From assembly GCF_006345805.1 (NCBI RefSeq), contig NC_043002.1, positions 57,102,001 to 57,166,000 of the forward strand: 64,000 nt of DNA. The letters run 5' to 3'. Origin of the DNA: Octopus sinensis. Lineage: Eukaryota. Numbering within the stretch: the stretch's first letter is position 1; every line of letters starts with the position of its first letter. The notes beneath the pieces are model-generated. The model searched no databases. It was not told the origin of the DNA and saw only the letters and a program-made list of their open reading frames with translations. Positions 37,983-48,909 of this stretch are shown here, in pieces. The translations under genes and the position numbers were made by a program.

Positions 37983-38687
37983 GAAAATGGACATGAACCT
38001 ACTGTGGAAAGGGTGACTGTATCAGAAGTTGAAAGTGAAGTTAAGAATATTGAAAGTGATGCAATATATGATATTCCTGATGCAGTTCCTGTATTGACAA
38101 CTGATTCAGGATCTGTCAAAAGTGGATCAGAAAAATCTGAATCGGACAAACAAGAAACGAATTCAATTAAAACAGGATCGGTTAAATCGGAGAAAGTAGA
38201 ATCGGAGAAAGGAGACTCGGAGAGAGCAGAATCAGAGAAAGCAGAATCGGAGAAAGGAGACTCGGAGAAAGCAGAATCAGAGAGAGCGGAATCGGAGAAA
38301 GCAGTATCAGAAAAGTGTGAATCAGAAAAGTGTGAATCAGAGAAAGCGGAATCAGAGAAAGCAGAATCAGAGAAAGCGGAATCAGATATAGTGGCAGTGG
38401 TCAAATCTGATATCGAGTCGATTAAAGCAGAAGCTAATATATCAAACAACGAAGTTGCTGGAACAGCAAAATCCTACATCACAAAAATCCCTCTTGATGA
38501 CTTAGACAGTTCTCCTTCATTTGTGAAAGCCGTTAGAGAACCTAAAGAAATTGATGTTAGTGATCCATTAAACTTTGTTAATGTAAGTGCTGAGGAGATG
38601 AAGCAAAAGATCTTGTCCAAGAAGAAAGCCAGGAAGTTCAAAGATATGAATCTAAAAGAAAAGCATGAAATCTTAGACAGACTGTGA
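37983..38687 (+). CDS. NHERF1: Terminal exon (234 aa + TGA) of a probable NHERF/EBP50-family scaffold: acidic SEK-repeat linker plus C-terminal ERM-binding-like tail
   Basis: ttttttttgtttacAG acceptor; open frame ENGHEPTVERV...VNVSAEEMKQKILSKKKARKFKDMNLKEKHEILDRL*. The tail parallels, from memory, human NHERF1 ...[32 protein letters not shown] and Drosophila Sip1. No PDZ exon was found in the window, so the family is inferred and the orthologue is not resolved. Confidence 0.65.
   Translation, partial: ENGHEPTVERVTVSEVESEVKNIESDAIYDIPDAVPVLTTDSGSVKSGSEKSESDKQETNSIKTGSVKSEKVESEKGDSERAESEKAESEKGDSEKAESERAESEKAVSEKCESEKCESEKAESEKAESEKAESDIVAVVKSDIESIKAEANISNNEVAGTAKSYITKIPLDDLDSSPSFVKAVREPKEIDVSDPLNFVNVSAEEMKQKILSKKKARKFKDMNLKEKHEILDRL
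38187..38387 (+). repeat. Coding 15-nt repeat, 13 x SE(K/R)x(E/D/V)
   Basis: tcg/tca gag aaa gca gaa units in frame with the terminal exon. Confidence 0.92.
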
Positions 38688-40418
38688 TGTATTTTTACTG
38701 ATATTAATTCCAGTGCCAATGTTTGACTTTGGGATACACACACAGACACGCACACACATGCACACATTGAACTGAAATTAATGATTTGTTTCTTATACAT
38801 ACATTAACTGTTATATATCAAGTTTAAAATGTGTGTACCTATCCTGTGGGATATTTTTCTATCACAAGTGCCTGTTTTTTTTTTTTTTTTTGTAATAGTG
38901 TCTGACCAAAAGAATTTGTCTTGGTGGCTTTTCTTGTATTGTTATTCTTGTCCACCTGTATCCACCCCCAATCTTTGCTTTTCTTTTTGTCCTCCTTATC
39001 AAAACATTCAGTGTTTTGATAACAACCTTTCTACTGATATATTTACAATCATGGAGAATTTTCTGAATTTTTGCCATTGAGCAATATTAGTTGCAAAGGT
39101 TCACAGTGAAATTTTTGATTCACTCTGGCTCAATGTTTTGTCTAATTTCTTGTTGCTGTCATCAATGATAATTACTTAACTTCAAAAATGTCACATTGTG
39201 ATTTTGTTTCTTCTACTACTACTGGTGTTTTAGTTTTTCAATTTTTTTTACTTCTCTTCTCCAATAGTCTTGTTTCTATTTCTTTTCACCTCTCCTTTTT
39301 TTTCTCTTGTTCAGGTGCTCAGGATTAAATTTCAGTTTAAATTGTGCTTTGATATATTGAAAAAAAAAAAAAAAATCTAATATTGATATATTATAACATG
39401 CATTCCAGAATCATTTGCAGCATTGATTTTTTTTTTGTTATAAATACATTATTTTCTTGGATTCATGTTTTGTTTCTTTAACCTTAGATTTTCAAGTCCA
39501 TTTGATAGTTTGAGGTTGTCTAAAATTTGCATTCCATTTATTTAAAGTTTGTGGGCTAACGAGAGCAGTGGGATGATAATGGATAGAGAAGGCTCCAAGT
39601 ACACACCTTATATTATGGTCCAATAAGGTAGAAAGCTGGCAGAATGATCAGTGTTGCAGGCAAAATGCTTAGTGGTGTTTCTTCTTGCTCTCTGTTCTGT
39701 ATTCAAATTCAGCCTTTCAGGATGGGTAATAAAAATAAAATAAGTGCCAGCTCACTACCGGGTTCATGTAATCAACTTGAACTCTACTTCCTGGCCTTGT
39801 ACCAAAATTTGAAACCATTATTATTATGGTCCACTTTTCTATTATACACTTTCTATTTAAGATTTAATCTACAACTCTTCTTCATTCCACATTTTATACA
39901 GTTGTCACATGAACCTTACTTTTAGCTATAAGGCACCTTGACTGGATTTTCTAATTCAAATGTGTTAACCACAGTTTATCCAAAAACTTGCCGGGAACAA
40001 TTTCTAATAGCTTTGTGCAGGAATTAACTCTTTTGATACAACACTACCGAATAAAAAAAGTAGACACTTTTGTCCTTTTTCTTCTAATAACTTATTTCTA
40101 AGTAGATCAATCAACTGTTTACCTTTCATGGTTTTATTTGTAGTTTCTCTGGTTTTTGAATTGTTTAAATATTCTGTGTCAAGAAAATCTAGTTAATTGC
40201 TACCAGTTGTTACTACTCAACATCAACATTGGTTAGCAGTCAGCAGAGGATTAGAGATAGCATTTTAATTTATATAACTTCAAATATTTATTCCTGGACA
40301 CTTCCTAGGTTTCTCTGGCTTGTTTTTAAAGCGTATTCAGTTTTGATAAAGTTAGAAAAGTTCTTCTTTTCCTAGAAGGAAACAAATTAATAACTCCGTC
40401 TTTTTCTTCCAAGCACTT

Positions 40419-40640
40419 CTACCCTTTAGCATTCAGATTTACTCTGGCAAATGTAATGCGTATTTATTCACATTGCTTTGAATGAGTTGTGGATTATCTG
40501 TTAGCTTTGAGAGTTTTATGATGTAATTGTTTACTTTTAGTATGACATTGTAGGGTAGGTGTGAGGGGCCAGATATGACCAGTTTGAACATGAAACAATA
40601 TTTTAGCTGAACACAACCAGTTTAAATGCTGAAGGGTTAA
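40419..40640 (+). mobile_element. Near-complete MITE family A
   Basis: ccctttagcattcag ... aatgctgaagggttaa terminal inverted ends. Confidence 0.82.
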
Positions 40641-41648
40641 CAAGAAAATCTTTTGATCTTAGAAACACTTTTGTTTATACATTTTCTAGTTTGTGAAACC
40701 TGTTTCAGGACAAGTACACCATGGAATACATTATCTGAGCTGCACCTTTCTATTACTGCTGTTTATTTTTGATAATTGGTATTTTAATTTGTGCTTTAAA
40801 GAGTAAACATTCTTTTTTTTTTTTTGTTTTACTTTAATTTATCTTGATTAACATTCAATTTTTCCCACCCAACTTTTTTAAACTTTTGCTAATAAAAACA
40901 ATAATAAAGAAAACAAACAGTATGAAATGAAATGAAAAATATATACTCAATTCCAGACAGACAGACATACATATATATTATATATAAAATCTATATTTGA
41001 TAAATAGATATATTGATCTTGTTTCTAATTGGCTTTATTGTTTATAATAAAAACGAATAAAAAATGTTGTCTCCACCCTTTCTGAATCCATTTTTGTCTT
41101 GGAAACTTAGTATTCTCTCAGTAGCCATTTCATTCTTAGATTATCTTCTTGGTTCTTTATACAAACAGTAAATCCTGGACATTGGCTGTGAGTTATTTTT
41201 CTCTGATAATGGAGGAAAAAAGATAAATGAAATTTTAAAAAATATATGTAGAGGGTAACATTCTTTTTTTCTTTTTGATGTTTTCAATACCCTCAAATTG
41301 TTTGAAATTCCAATTTTGGTAAAAAATTGGAAATGCTGACCATTTTACTTTTTCTATTTTGAACTTGTTTAACGATTAACCTGCTGCAAATTTTTTCCTT
41401 CATGAAATTTGTCAAGTTACACACTGGAACCAATCTGTGTGGAATTCTTTTCACCAATGTTATTGATTTACTTTTATTATTCCTTGATTTTTATGATATA
41501 AAGAGATGCAACAATTAACATTTGTCTTGGAATATATTTTTTTCAGTAAAAGTAGTTAAAATGGGGAGTAAATGATATTCCCACATTTATTTTTGTCAAA
41601 TAGAACAACACTTATAGCCTTGCTGCAGCTTCTCCCAGACTAGTCAGA

Positions 41649-41907
41649 TTAACCCTTTCATTACCAACTCTGCCTCTTAGGAACATAAATTGTGACTAAG
41701 GTTTGGAAGATTTTAATTCGGAACTTATGAAAACAAGACATTTGTTTACAGAAGTTCTTAATTAAAATCTTCCACCAAGCCTTAGTCAAAATTTATGTTC
41801 CTAACATTAGCTTAATTATAACTAAGTTATTTTACTATATCATTTTGTTATAATTAAAGTTATTGAAGGAAACACAGAATCTCAAAATACAGTAACAGAA
41901 GGGTTAA
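41649..41907. mobile_element. TTAA-ended MITE family B
   Basis: TTAAccctttcattaccaac ... gtaacagaagggTTAA. Confidence 0.85.
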
Positions 41908-42116
41908 TGTGACTGCTCTCTTTAAATGCCTTGTAGATCAGTCGTTGTCTGTGGACAGGAAGGGTACCAAGTTCTAGTCTGAATGGTTATGACAATCTGT
42001 TAGACATACCAAAGAATTAAGGGGAGTGGTGCTAACTGTTTTCTTATATTGCTCTTGAAATGCTCTTCTTTCAATTAATTTTTAAAATAAGAAATTTAGT
42101 GAAATATTGTATTAAG

Positions 42117-42400
42117 TGCAGGTGTGACTGTGTGGTAAGAAGCTTGTTTCCAAACCACATGGCTCTGGGTTCAGTCCCACTGTGTGGAACCCTGGGCAGG
42201 TGTCTTCTATAGCCTTGGGCCAACCAAAGTCCTGTGAGTGGATTTGGTAAGTGGAAACTGAAAGAAGTCTGTCCTCCCAACTGGTGTTGGTGTGTTTACA
42301 TCTCCCATAACTTAGCAGTTTGGCAAAAGACTTATAGAATAAGTAACCAGACTTAATAAGAAAATATTAGTTGAATCATTTGATTAAAAATACCCTCTTT
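42117..42400 (+). mobile_element. SINE family 1
   Basis: gcaggtgtgactgtgtggtaagaagcttg...gggttcagtcccactgtgtgg...gaaactgaaagaag. Confidence 0.85.
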
Positions 42401-42442
42401 TAAAAACAAGTGGGTGGTCGATTGCAGAAGGCAAGTGCACCA

Positions 42443-42456
42443 GCGCCCCCTGATGA
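42443..42456 (-). promoter_or_regulatory. CTCF-like motif
   Basis: Minus strand TCATCAGGGGGCGC matches 12/14 positions of the core CCACCAGGGGGCGC; a single motif match is weak evidence. Confidence 0.25.
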
Positions 42457-42583
42457 CATCAGCTAACTGGGCAGCAACAAACTTCACTTCATTTCTTCCT
42501 TACTAATTGTCTCAAAGTTAGTAATCAAGAGAGAGGTACTTAGAGTAATACGCAGTAGATTATAGGAAGGAATATTTAGATAA

Positions 42584-42904
42584 TACAGTTCTATATTTAA
42601 GAGATGAGGAATTATTTACATTTGATGGATATTTGTCCTCATCTTGTTTGTTGTTAACACAACGTTTCGACTGATATACCCTCCAGCCTTCATCAGGTGT
42701 CTTGGGGAAATTTCGAACCTGGGTTCTCATTCCTAAGATATTTTTCTATTCCAGGCAGTGACCTGAGTAATAACATCGAAAAATACCTTACGAATAAGAA
42801 ACTAGGTTCAAAATTTCCCCAAGACACCTAATGAAGGCTGGAGGGTATATCAGTCAAAACGTGTTAACAAACAAGATGAAGACAAATATCCGAAAAATGT
42901 AAAT
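42584..42904 (-). mobile_element. tRNA-headed hammerhead foldback element, copy C
   Basis: Left arm 42584-42746; the right arm starts with the B-box end attccaggcagtgacc. aggaatattt is repeated at 42568-42577 and 42905-42914. Confidence 0.85.
42657..42701 (-). ncRNA. Minimal type-I hammerhead ribozyme with intact core
   Basis: gACAC CUGAUGA a GGCUG gaggguauau CAGUC GAAA C GUU GUGU: stem I ACAC/GUGU, palindromic stem III ACGU, GUU triplet. Confidence 0.8.
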
Positions 42905-43012
42905 AGGAATATTTGGGTTTGTTCCATTGTTTTGAGTTCCAATCTTACTGAAATCTACTTGGCTTCAGAATTTGAAATAATAAAAACCAGATGAATTGAA
43001 TTTTAATTTCTC

Positions 43013-43243
43013 GGCATGGCTGTGTGGTAAGAAGCTTGCTTGCTAACTAGATGGTTTTGGATTTAGTCCTACCGAGTGGCTCTTTGGGCTCCAGAGTGGC
43101 CTCGGTGACAAAAGCCTTGTGAGTAGATTTGGTAGACGGAAACTGTAAGAAACCCGTCGCGTGTATATATGTGTGTTATATATATATAATATATATATAT
43201 ATGTATGTACATGTGTGTGTGTGTGTGTGTGTATATGTGTACA

Positions 43244-43274
<31 letters not shown>

Positions 43275-43275
43275 G

Positions 43276-43307
<32 letters not shown>

Positions 43308-43510
43308 TGTGTGTGTGTATATATATATATATTGTGTGTGTGTGCTCCTGAGTTTGTACTTCACCACCGCTTGACAACTGGTGTGTTTATGTCCCAGTAA
43401 CTGAACGGTTCGACAAGAGAATAAATACCAGGCTCGAAAGAAGTATTGATGGTCGATTCATTCGACTAAAATTCTTGAGGACAGTACCTCAGCATGGCCG
43501 CAGTTTAGAA
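43013..43510 (+). mobile_element. SINE family 1 with internal (AT)/(GT) expansion, CpGs retained
   Basis: Complete head and tail (cagcatggccgcag) separated by a compound microsatellite at about 43160-43345. Confidence 0.88.
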
Positions 43511-43917
43511 AACCTTTGATTAATGGAGAAGATTGTTTCGTGTTTTCCTCCACAACTTCTCTCGCCATACCTTCGTAATTGTGCACAAGGCCAGCAAAAT
43601 GGAGGCGAGGAGGTTTAGTCGATGCCATGGACCTTGGTATCTGAGTGATACTTCATTTCATTGGTACTGAAAGAATGAAAGTCAGAGTTGACCACGATGG
43701 AATTTGAACATAGAGTGTAAACTACCAGAACAAATACTGCTAAGCATTTTTTTTTTCGGCCCTCGAATGATAAAGCCTTCAAATTTTGACCCAAGGTCAG
43801 CAACTGTGGAGGGGAGGAGATAAATCGATAGCATCGATGCCAGAACTACACTGCTGCTTTATTTGATCGACCCTCGACGGGGATTTGAACGCAGATAGGA
43901 AAGAGCCACAAGAAATA

Positions 43918-44170
43918 CAGGGTGTTCAAAAAGTCTCTCTGCAGTTGATTTCTTTTTTCATCCTGACTCTCCAGCAGTCAGACTCTCCAAGATATATTTC
44001 AAAACATGTGTAGAAAAAGTCAACTTATGTATTGAAAATGAAAGACGACACTTTCAAAACCTCTTATAAAGTGTTTTAAAGTCTTGTAAAGTCTATTATA
44101 TTCTTTTGTAGTCTTATACCATCTTATTTATTTTTGCAATAAAATACTGCAGAGAGACTTGAACACACTG
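43918..44170. mobile_element. Tc1/mariner-derived MITE
   Basis: TA|cagggtgttcaaaaagtctctctgcagt ... actgcagagagacttgaacacactg|TA; internal VEKVNLCIENERRHFQNLL* resembles a transposase C-terminus. Confidence 0.85.
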
Positions 44171-44261
44171 TATAAGAAGGTACTTCTTTCCCGACTCTTT
44201 GACGATTTTGCCGACTCGCAGCCTTATTGCTTTATAACAACGATATTTTTACATGGGTTTT

Positions 44262-44456
44262 AAGCTGGCAGAATCGTTAGCACGCCGGGCAGAATGCTGA
44301 GTGACATTTCGTCCGTTGAGTTCAAATTCCACTGAGGTCGACTTTGCCCTTCACTCTTCCGGGGTCAATGAAATGAGTTGAGTACTGGGGTCGATGTAAT
44401 TGACTAGTTCCCCTTCCCCAAGAATTTCAGGCTTTGTGTCTATAGTAGAAAGGATT
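44262..44456 (+). mobile_element. SINE family 2 with imperfect approximately 14-bp TSD
   Basis: agctggcagaatcgttagcacgccggg...gagttcaaattcc...gtcgactttgcc; acatgggttttaag and acacggggtttaag flank it. Confidence 0.85.
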
Positions 44457-44519
44457 ACACGGGGTTTAAGTTACGGAGGCTTTAACAATAGATCAATAAT
44501 CGATAAAAATTGCATTCTG

Positions 44520-44766
44520 TAACTGCGTGGGCCTCTGAGCAGGTATCGCCATGACAACTTTCTCTGTCATGGTCAATGTGGCGATCACACGCGACACACC
44601 TTCCTTCCAAGCACTGCTGTAAACAGCGGAAGTGAGCTAGAACATTAAAACTTAGTGCTCATGCACACCAGAGTTCAAAGTCAATCTGTGCCAAGCGGCT
44701 TCACTCTGCATACAGCAGCTTCATTACTGTGGCAACAGTCCGGATACTTATTGATGAGACATCGTA
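44520..44766 (-). mobile_element. Solo mariner-like terminus
   Basis: Minus strand begins TACGAtgtctcaTCAATAAGTATCCGGACTG, a mariner TIR-like start; no partner end was found. Confidence 0.45.
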
Positions 44767-45044
44767 ATACCTACCTACATACGTACGTACATGCATAAAT
44801 ACATACATACAAGCATACATACATATATACATACGTAGAAAGATATATATATGCATACACACAGTCATACATATATACATACATAAAAAGCATGCATACA
44901 AAAATACCCTGTTGTTGATGTTGAAATTCCGAAGAAGGAGCCTTGAATTTAGGTTAGAAACCGGCTCTTTCTCTATTGGCAAGAACTCTTGAAATAAAAC
45001 TAAGTAATGACATACCGTACATTCATATTTACACGCACACCTAT

Positions 45045-45366
45045 ATTTTGCTGTGTCGAGGGAGGGCTATTATACCAATAGTACTAACACACGCACTGGT
45101 TCAATTCCACTCCTTTACTATTAGTCAATTGGTTAAATATCCAACTAACTAATCGATTGTTTAATTTGGTTAAGCAGTAGGTCATTTGTTTTGTTTTTGT
45201 ATGTTAAAGCTCTTTCGTTGCTGCTTGCAACATTTTCAGTGACTTTTCTCTTAATCGATCTGACAGTTAGATGTTTAACCAATTGACCAATAATAAAGGA
45301 GTGGAATTGAACCAATGTGTGTGTTAATTATATTGGCATAATGACCCTCCCTAGGCACAACAAAAT
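45045..45366. repeat. Foldback: about 110-bp imperfect inverted arms, about 95-bp spacer
   Basis: ggttcaattccactcctttactattagtcaattggttaaa versus tttaaccaattgaccaataataaaggagtggaattgaacc. Confidence 0.88.
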
Positions 45367-45729
45367 TTCTTCCAACACACAGATTCACATAAAGAATTTT
45401 GCAAACCAGATACAAAAACGACTTTGCAAACCCACGGTTGCATTACCAACTTACTACTAAAACAATTAAAGGATATGCTTTGATGAGGTTTGTGACCTTT
45501 CTGCTCTCCATCCATTTTTCTGCATCAGATGACAATATCATCGGAATCTTTTCCATTTGTAACAGATTTGCCGAAAATCTTATATAAAAAAGATATCGAT
45601 TTCTCAAAAGGTCATAAGGAAATACAATCGGTGGTGGTGGGGCATATATCGGTGCCCATTACGAGAGCAAACATTTCTAAAAGAGCTTGGGGTTTATTGA
45701 CATAGGTTTGAAACTTTTAGTATAAACTT

Positions 45730-46118
45730 TTGGTTAAGAAGTTTGCATTGCAACCATATGGTCTCAGATCCAGTTCCTCTGTGTGGCACATTGGCCCAGT
45801 GGATTCCACTATAACCCAAGGTCGATCAATATCTTGTGAATGAATTTTGTAGAAAGTGAGGTGGAGGTCCAACATATATATGTGTGTGTGTATGTACGTA
45901 TATGTCTGTGTGTTTGTGTTTGTACCTCTACACGTCATCTCTTGACGACCGATGCTGGTGTGTTTATGTCCCCGTAACTTAACTGTTCGGCCAAATAGAC
46001 CGATAGAATAAGTACTAGGCTTACTAAGAGTAAATCCTGGGGTCGATTTCTTCGACTAAAACCTTTTAAGACGGTGTTTCAGCATGGCCGCAGTCAAATG
46101 ACTGAAACAAGTAAAAGA

Positions 46119-46120
<2 letters not shown>
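45730..46120 (+). mobile_element. SINE family 1
   Basis: tggttaagaagtttgc...gaccgatagaataagtactaggc...cagcatggccgcagtcaaatgactgaaacaagtaaaaga. Confidence 0.85.
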
Positions 46121-46152
<32 letters not shown>

Positions 46153-47121
46153 TTGTGAGCCTGTTTGTCTATCTCCCCTACAGTATTGGTTTGTTTTCGT
46201 CCCCTTAACTCAGCGGTTCGGTGAAAGAAACTGATAGAATAAATACCATATAAAAGGCATAAATACTGGGATCGATTTGTTCAACTAGCAGCCTTCAAGG
46301 CAGTGATCCAGCATGGCCGCAGCCCAATAGTTAAAACAAGTAAATGATAAAAGACAAAAAAACATAAAAAACAATATGGCGTATTTGAAGAAAAGTCTCG
46401 TATCTTGTTTCAAGCATATCATTGTAATAATGTTGGCGAGTAGACAGCAACTCTTAGTGTTCCAGATCACATGACTTTCGGAAGTTGGCGTCAGATTTTT
46501 CTAAAGATACAACCGGCATTCTGACTAAAGCTGGGAGTTTGGGGGTCAAGTTAATTTCTTATCCTTTGAAAACCCTTGAATTAATTAAGTTAATCATCGG
46601 TTTTATGAAACATTAAAGTATTTGGAGATATATCTTCCTTTGTCACGGTTAGTGGTCGTCGTATCTTTTTCTACCGCCGTCGATTGAAGACTTTAATTGT
46701 TTTCCGGGAAGACATTATATATACCCAGTTATACACACAATTATATACGGTCGTAGTATATAACAGTAGATTCATTGTGCGAGGATCTAACGATGTATTT
46801 TTCACCGGATGCTAGGCACGCACGCGCGCATGCACGCACGCACACACACACACACACACACACATACACACACAGACGTAGAGTGTAATAATGTGTCTGA
46901 TTTTTCTTTCAGTTTAAGTTCAGTTTAAGAGGGTTCAAACCGGTTGCTGAATGTATGTATGTATGTATGTATAAGCATGTATATATATATATGCGCATAT
47001 ATTTACAAATACACGTTTGTATAATACACACGCACATACACACACATACACACACACACACACGCAAACACATACACACTCACACACACACGCACGCATT
47101 TATAATATTATGCCGAAGACA

Positions 47122-47595
47122 CATTCATGACTGTATGGGTAAGAAGTTCACTTCATAACCACGTAGTTTCGGGTTCCAATCCGACTGCGCGAAAACTTGG
47201 GTGTCTTCGACACAGTTTCCGTCAACCAAGTAAGGGAATTTGGTTGATAGAAACTGCATGGAGGCCCGTCATACGCACATACATATATGTACACACACTC
47301 GCGCGCGCGCATACATGTGTATACGATCATTTGATAACTTGTGTTCGCGTTTGTCCTCTCAACACTTGATAACCAGCGTTGGTCTGTTTACGTTGCAGCA
47401 AATTGGTGGTTTGCCAAAAAGGCCAGTAGTATAGGGACCAGACTTGAAAAAATTAGTACTGGGGTTCATTTGCTTCAACTAAACCCTTCAAAGCCGTGTC
47501 CAATGATAAATGATAAAGATTGAAAAATTATATATCAAGATGGTGCCCCAGCATGGCCACAGTCTAATGATCGAAACAACTAAAAGATATAATAT
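47122..47595 (+). mobile_element. SINE family 1, diverged
   Basis: catgactgtatgggtaagaagttc...gggttccaatcc...ggtgccccagcatggccacagtc. Confidence 0.75.
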
Positions 47596-47615
47596 AAATA
47601 ATATAAACACACACG

Positions 47616-47680
<65 letters not shown>

Positions 47681-47684
<4 letters not shown>

Positions 47685-47975
47685 GATCGTGGGTAAGGCC
47701 AAAACAATGCGAAGTAAATGCAAGGTAAATCACAAGAAAACAAAAATGTAGACTTAACTTGTATTCAATATTTCGGGGTTATGACCCCATTTTCAAGAAA
47801 ATAAACGAATGTTGCCGATGAGCGTTCACACACACGCACATCGGCAACATTCGTCGATTTCTAGAAAATGGGGTCATAACCCTGAAATGTTCGATACAAG
47901 GTAAGTTTACGTTAATTCATATATTTGTTTTTTGTGATTTACCTTGCATTGTATTGGTCTTACCCACGATCCTTT
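47681..47975. repeat. Foldback hairpin, about 135-bp arms, short CA-rich loop
   Basis: gatcgtgggtaag...gaaaataaacgaatgttgccgatg / catcggcaacattcg...cttacccacgatc. Confidence 0.9.
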
Positions 47976-48012
47976 ATACAATATATTCTGCACAAGCTTC
48001 ATAGTAATTATT

Positions 48013-48077
<65 letters not shown>

Positions 48078-48080
<3 letters not shown>

Positions 48081-48632
48081 GGTCAGGCAAACTGATCTGA
48101 CACATTTGTAGGTTAAATAAAAGGCAAATGAAGTAAAGAAACAAAAGAGTGTTTTTATTTTTGAAAAGTACATATAATGCCATTTTGTTTCATTATGTTT
48201 TAAAAATTAAATCAGTCAAATGGGATCCATTATTGTCCACACACTGTCGAAGGCGTTCACGAAAGTTGTCAATAACTCGGCGGGTCATTTCATGTGGAAT
48301 GGCAGTAATTTCTTGACGAATTGCATCTTTAAGTTCTGGCGGTGCGAGGTCGGCCGGTTGATTTTCGTTTCAATGCAGATCCAGTAGCTCTGAAGTTGGT
48401 AATCCATAACAAGATCGTGTTTCGAGCTGGTACGGGATCATGTCTACCAAGATTGAAGTGCAAACGGAACGCTCTTTGTGTTGCAGTTACAGAATCGTTT
48501 GTTTTGATAAACGTTTCCACAATGAAAGCGCGATGCTCACCAGTCCAATTAATGGCAGCAACTGAAAAAGAAACGAAAAACAATGCCTTTTATTTAACCT
48601 ACAAATGTGTCAGATCATTTTGCCTGACCCTG
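48078..48632 (-). mobile_element. Internally deleted Tc1/mariner element (555 bp)
   Basis: 49-bp TIRs (cagggtcaggcaaa.tgatctgacacatttgtaggttaaataaaaggca, 1 mismatch) and TA TSD. It encodes an N-terminal HTH region (WTGEHRAFIVETF...VTATQRAFRLHF...TGRPR) fused out of frame to the transposase C-terminus (ELKDAIRQEITAIPHEMTRRVIDNFRERLRQCVDNNGSHL); the DDE/D core is missing. Confidence 0.92.
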
Positions 48633-48721
48633 TATATACATACATATATATATTCAACTGACGTTGAAAGCCAACAAACATAGTTTGCTTTAGAAGCGTT
48701 GAGATGTATTGAAAGATAAAG

Positions 48722-48909
48722 ATAAGGAAATAATTTTATTCTCAAACGCAGAATAATGCTAATAATAGATCAACAAACAAGATACGCTATTCATATTTTG
48801 CAGGAAAGTCTGTCGCCGACCGATTTTTCTGCAAAATATGGATAGCTTATCCTGTTCATGTTATATTGTTAGCATTATCCTGCGTTTGAGAATAAAATTA
48901 CTTCCTTAT
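48722..48909. repeat. Foldback hairpin, about 85-bp imperfect arms
   Basis: ataaggaaataattttattctcaaacgcag / ctgcgtttgagaataaaattacttccttat. Confidence 0.9.

Noticed and set aside
37937-38449. Minus-strand 170-aa SDSAF-repeat ORF
   Set aside because: Antisense shadow of the SEK-repeat exon; the plus strand has the splice acceptor and the conserved-looking C-terminus.
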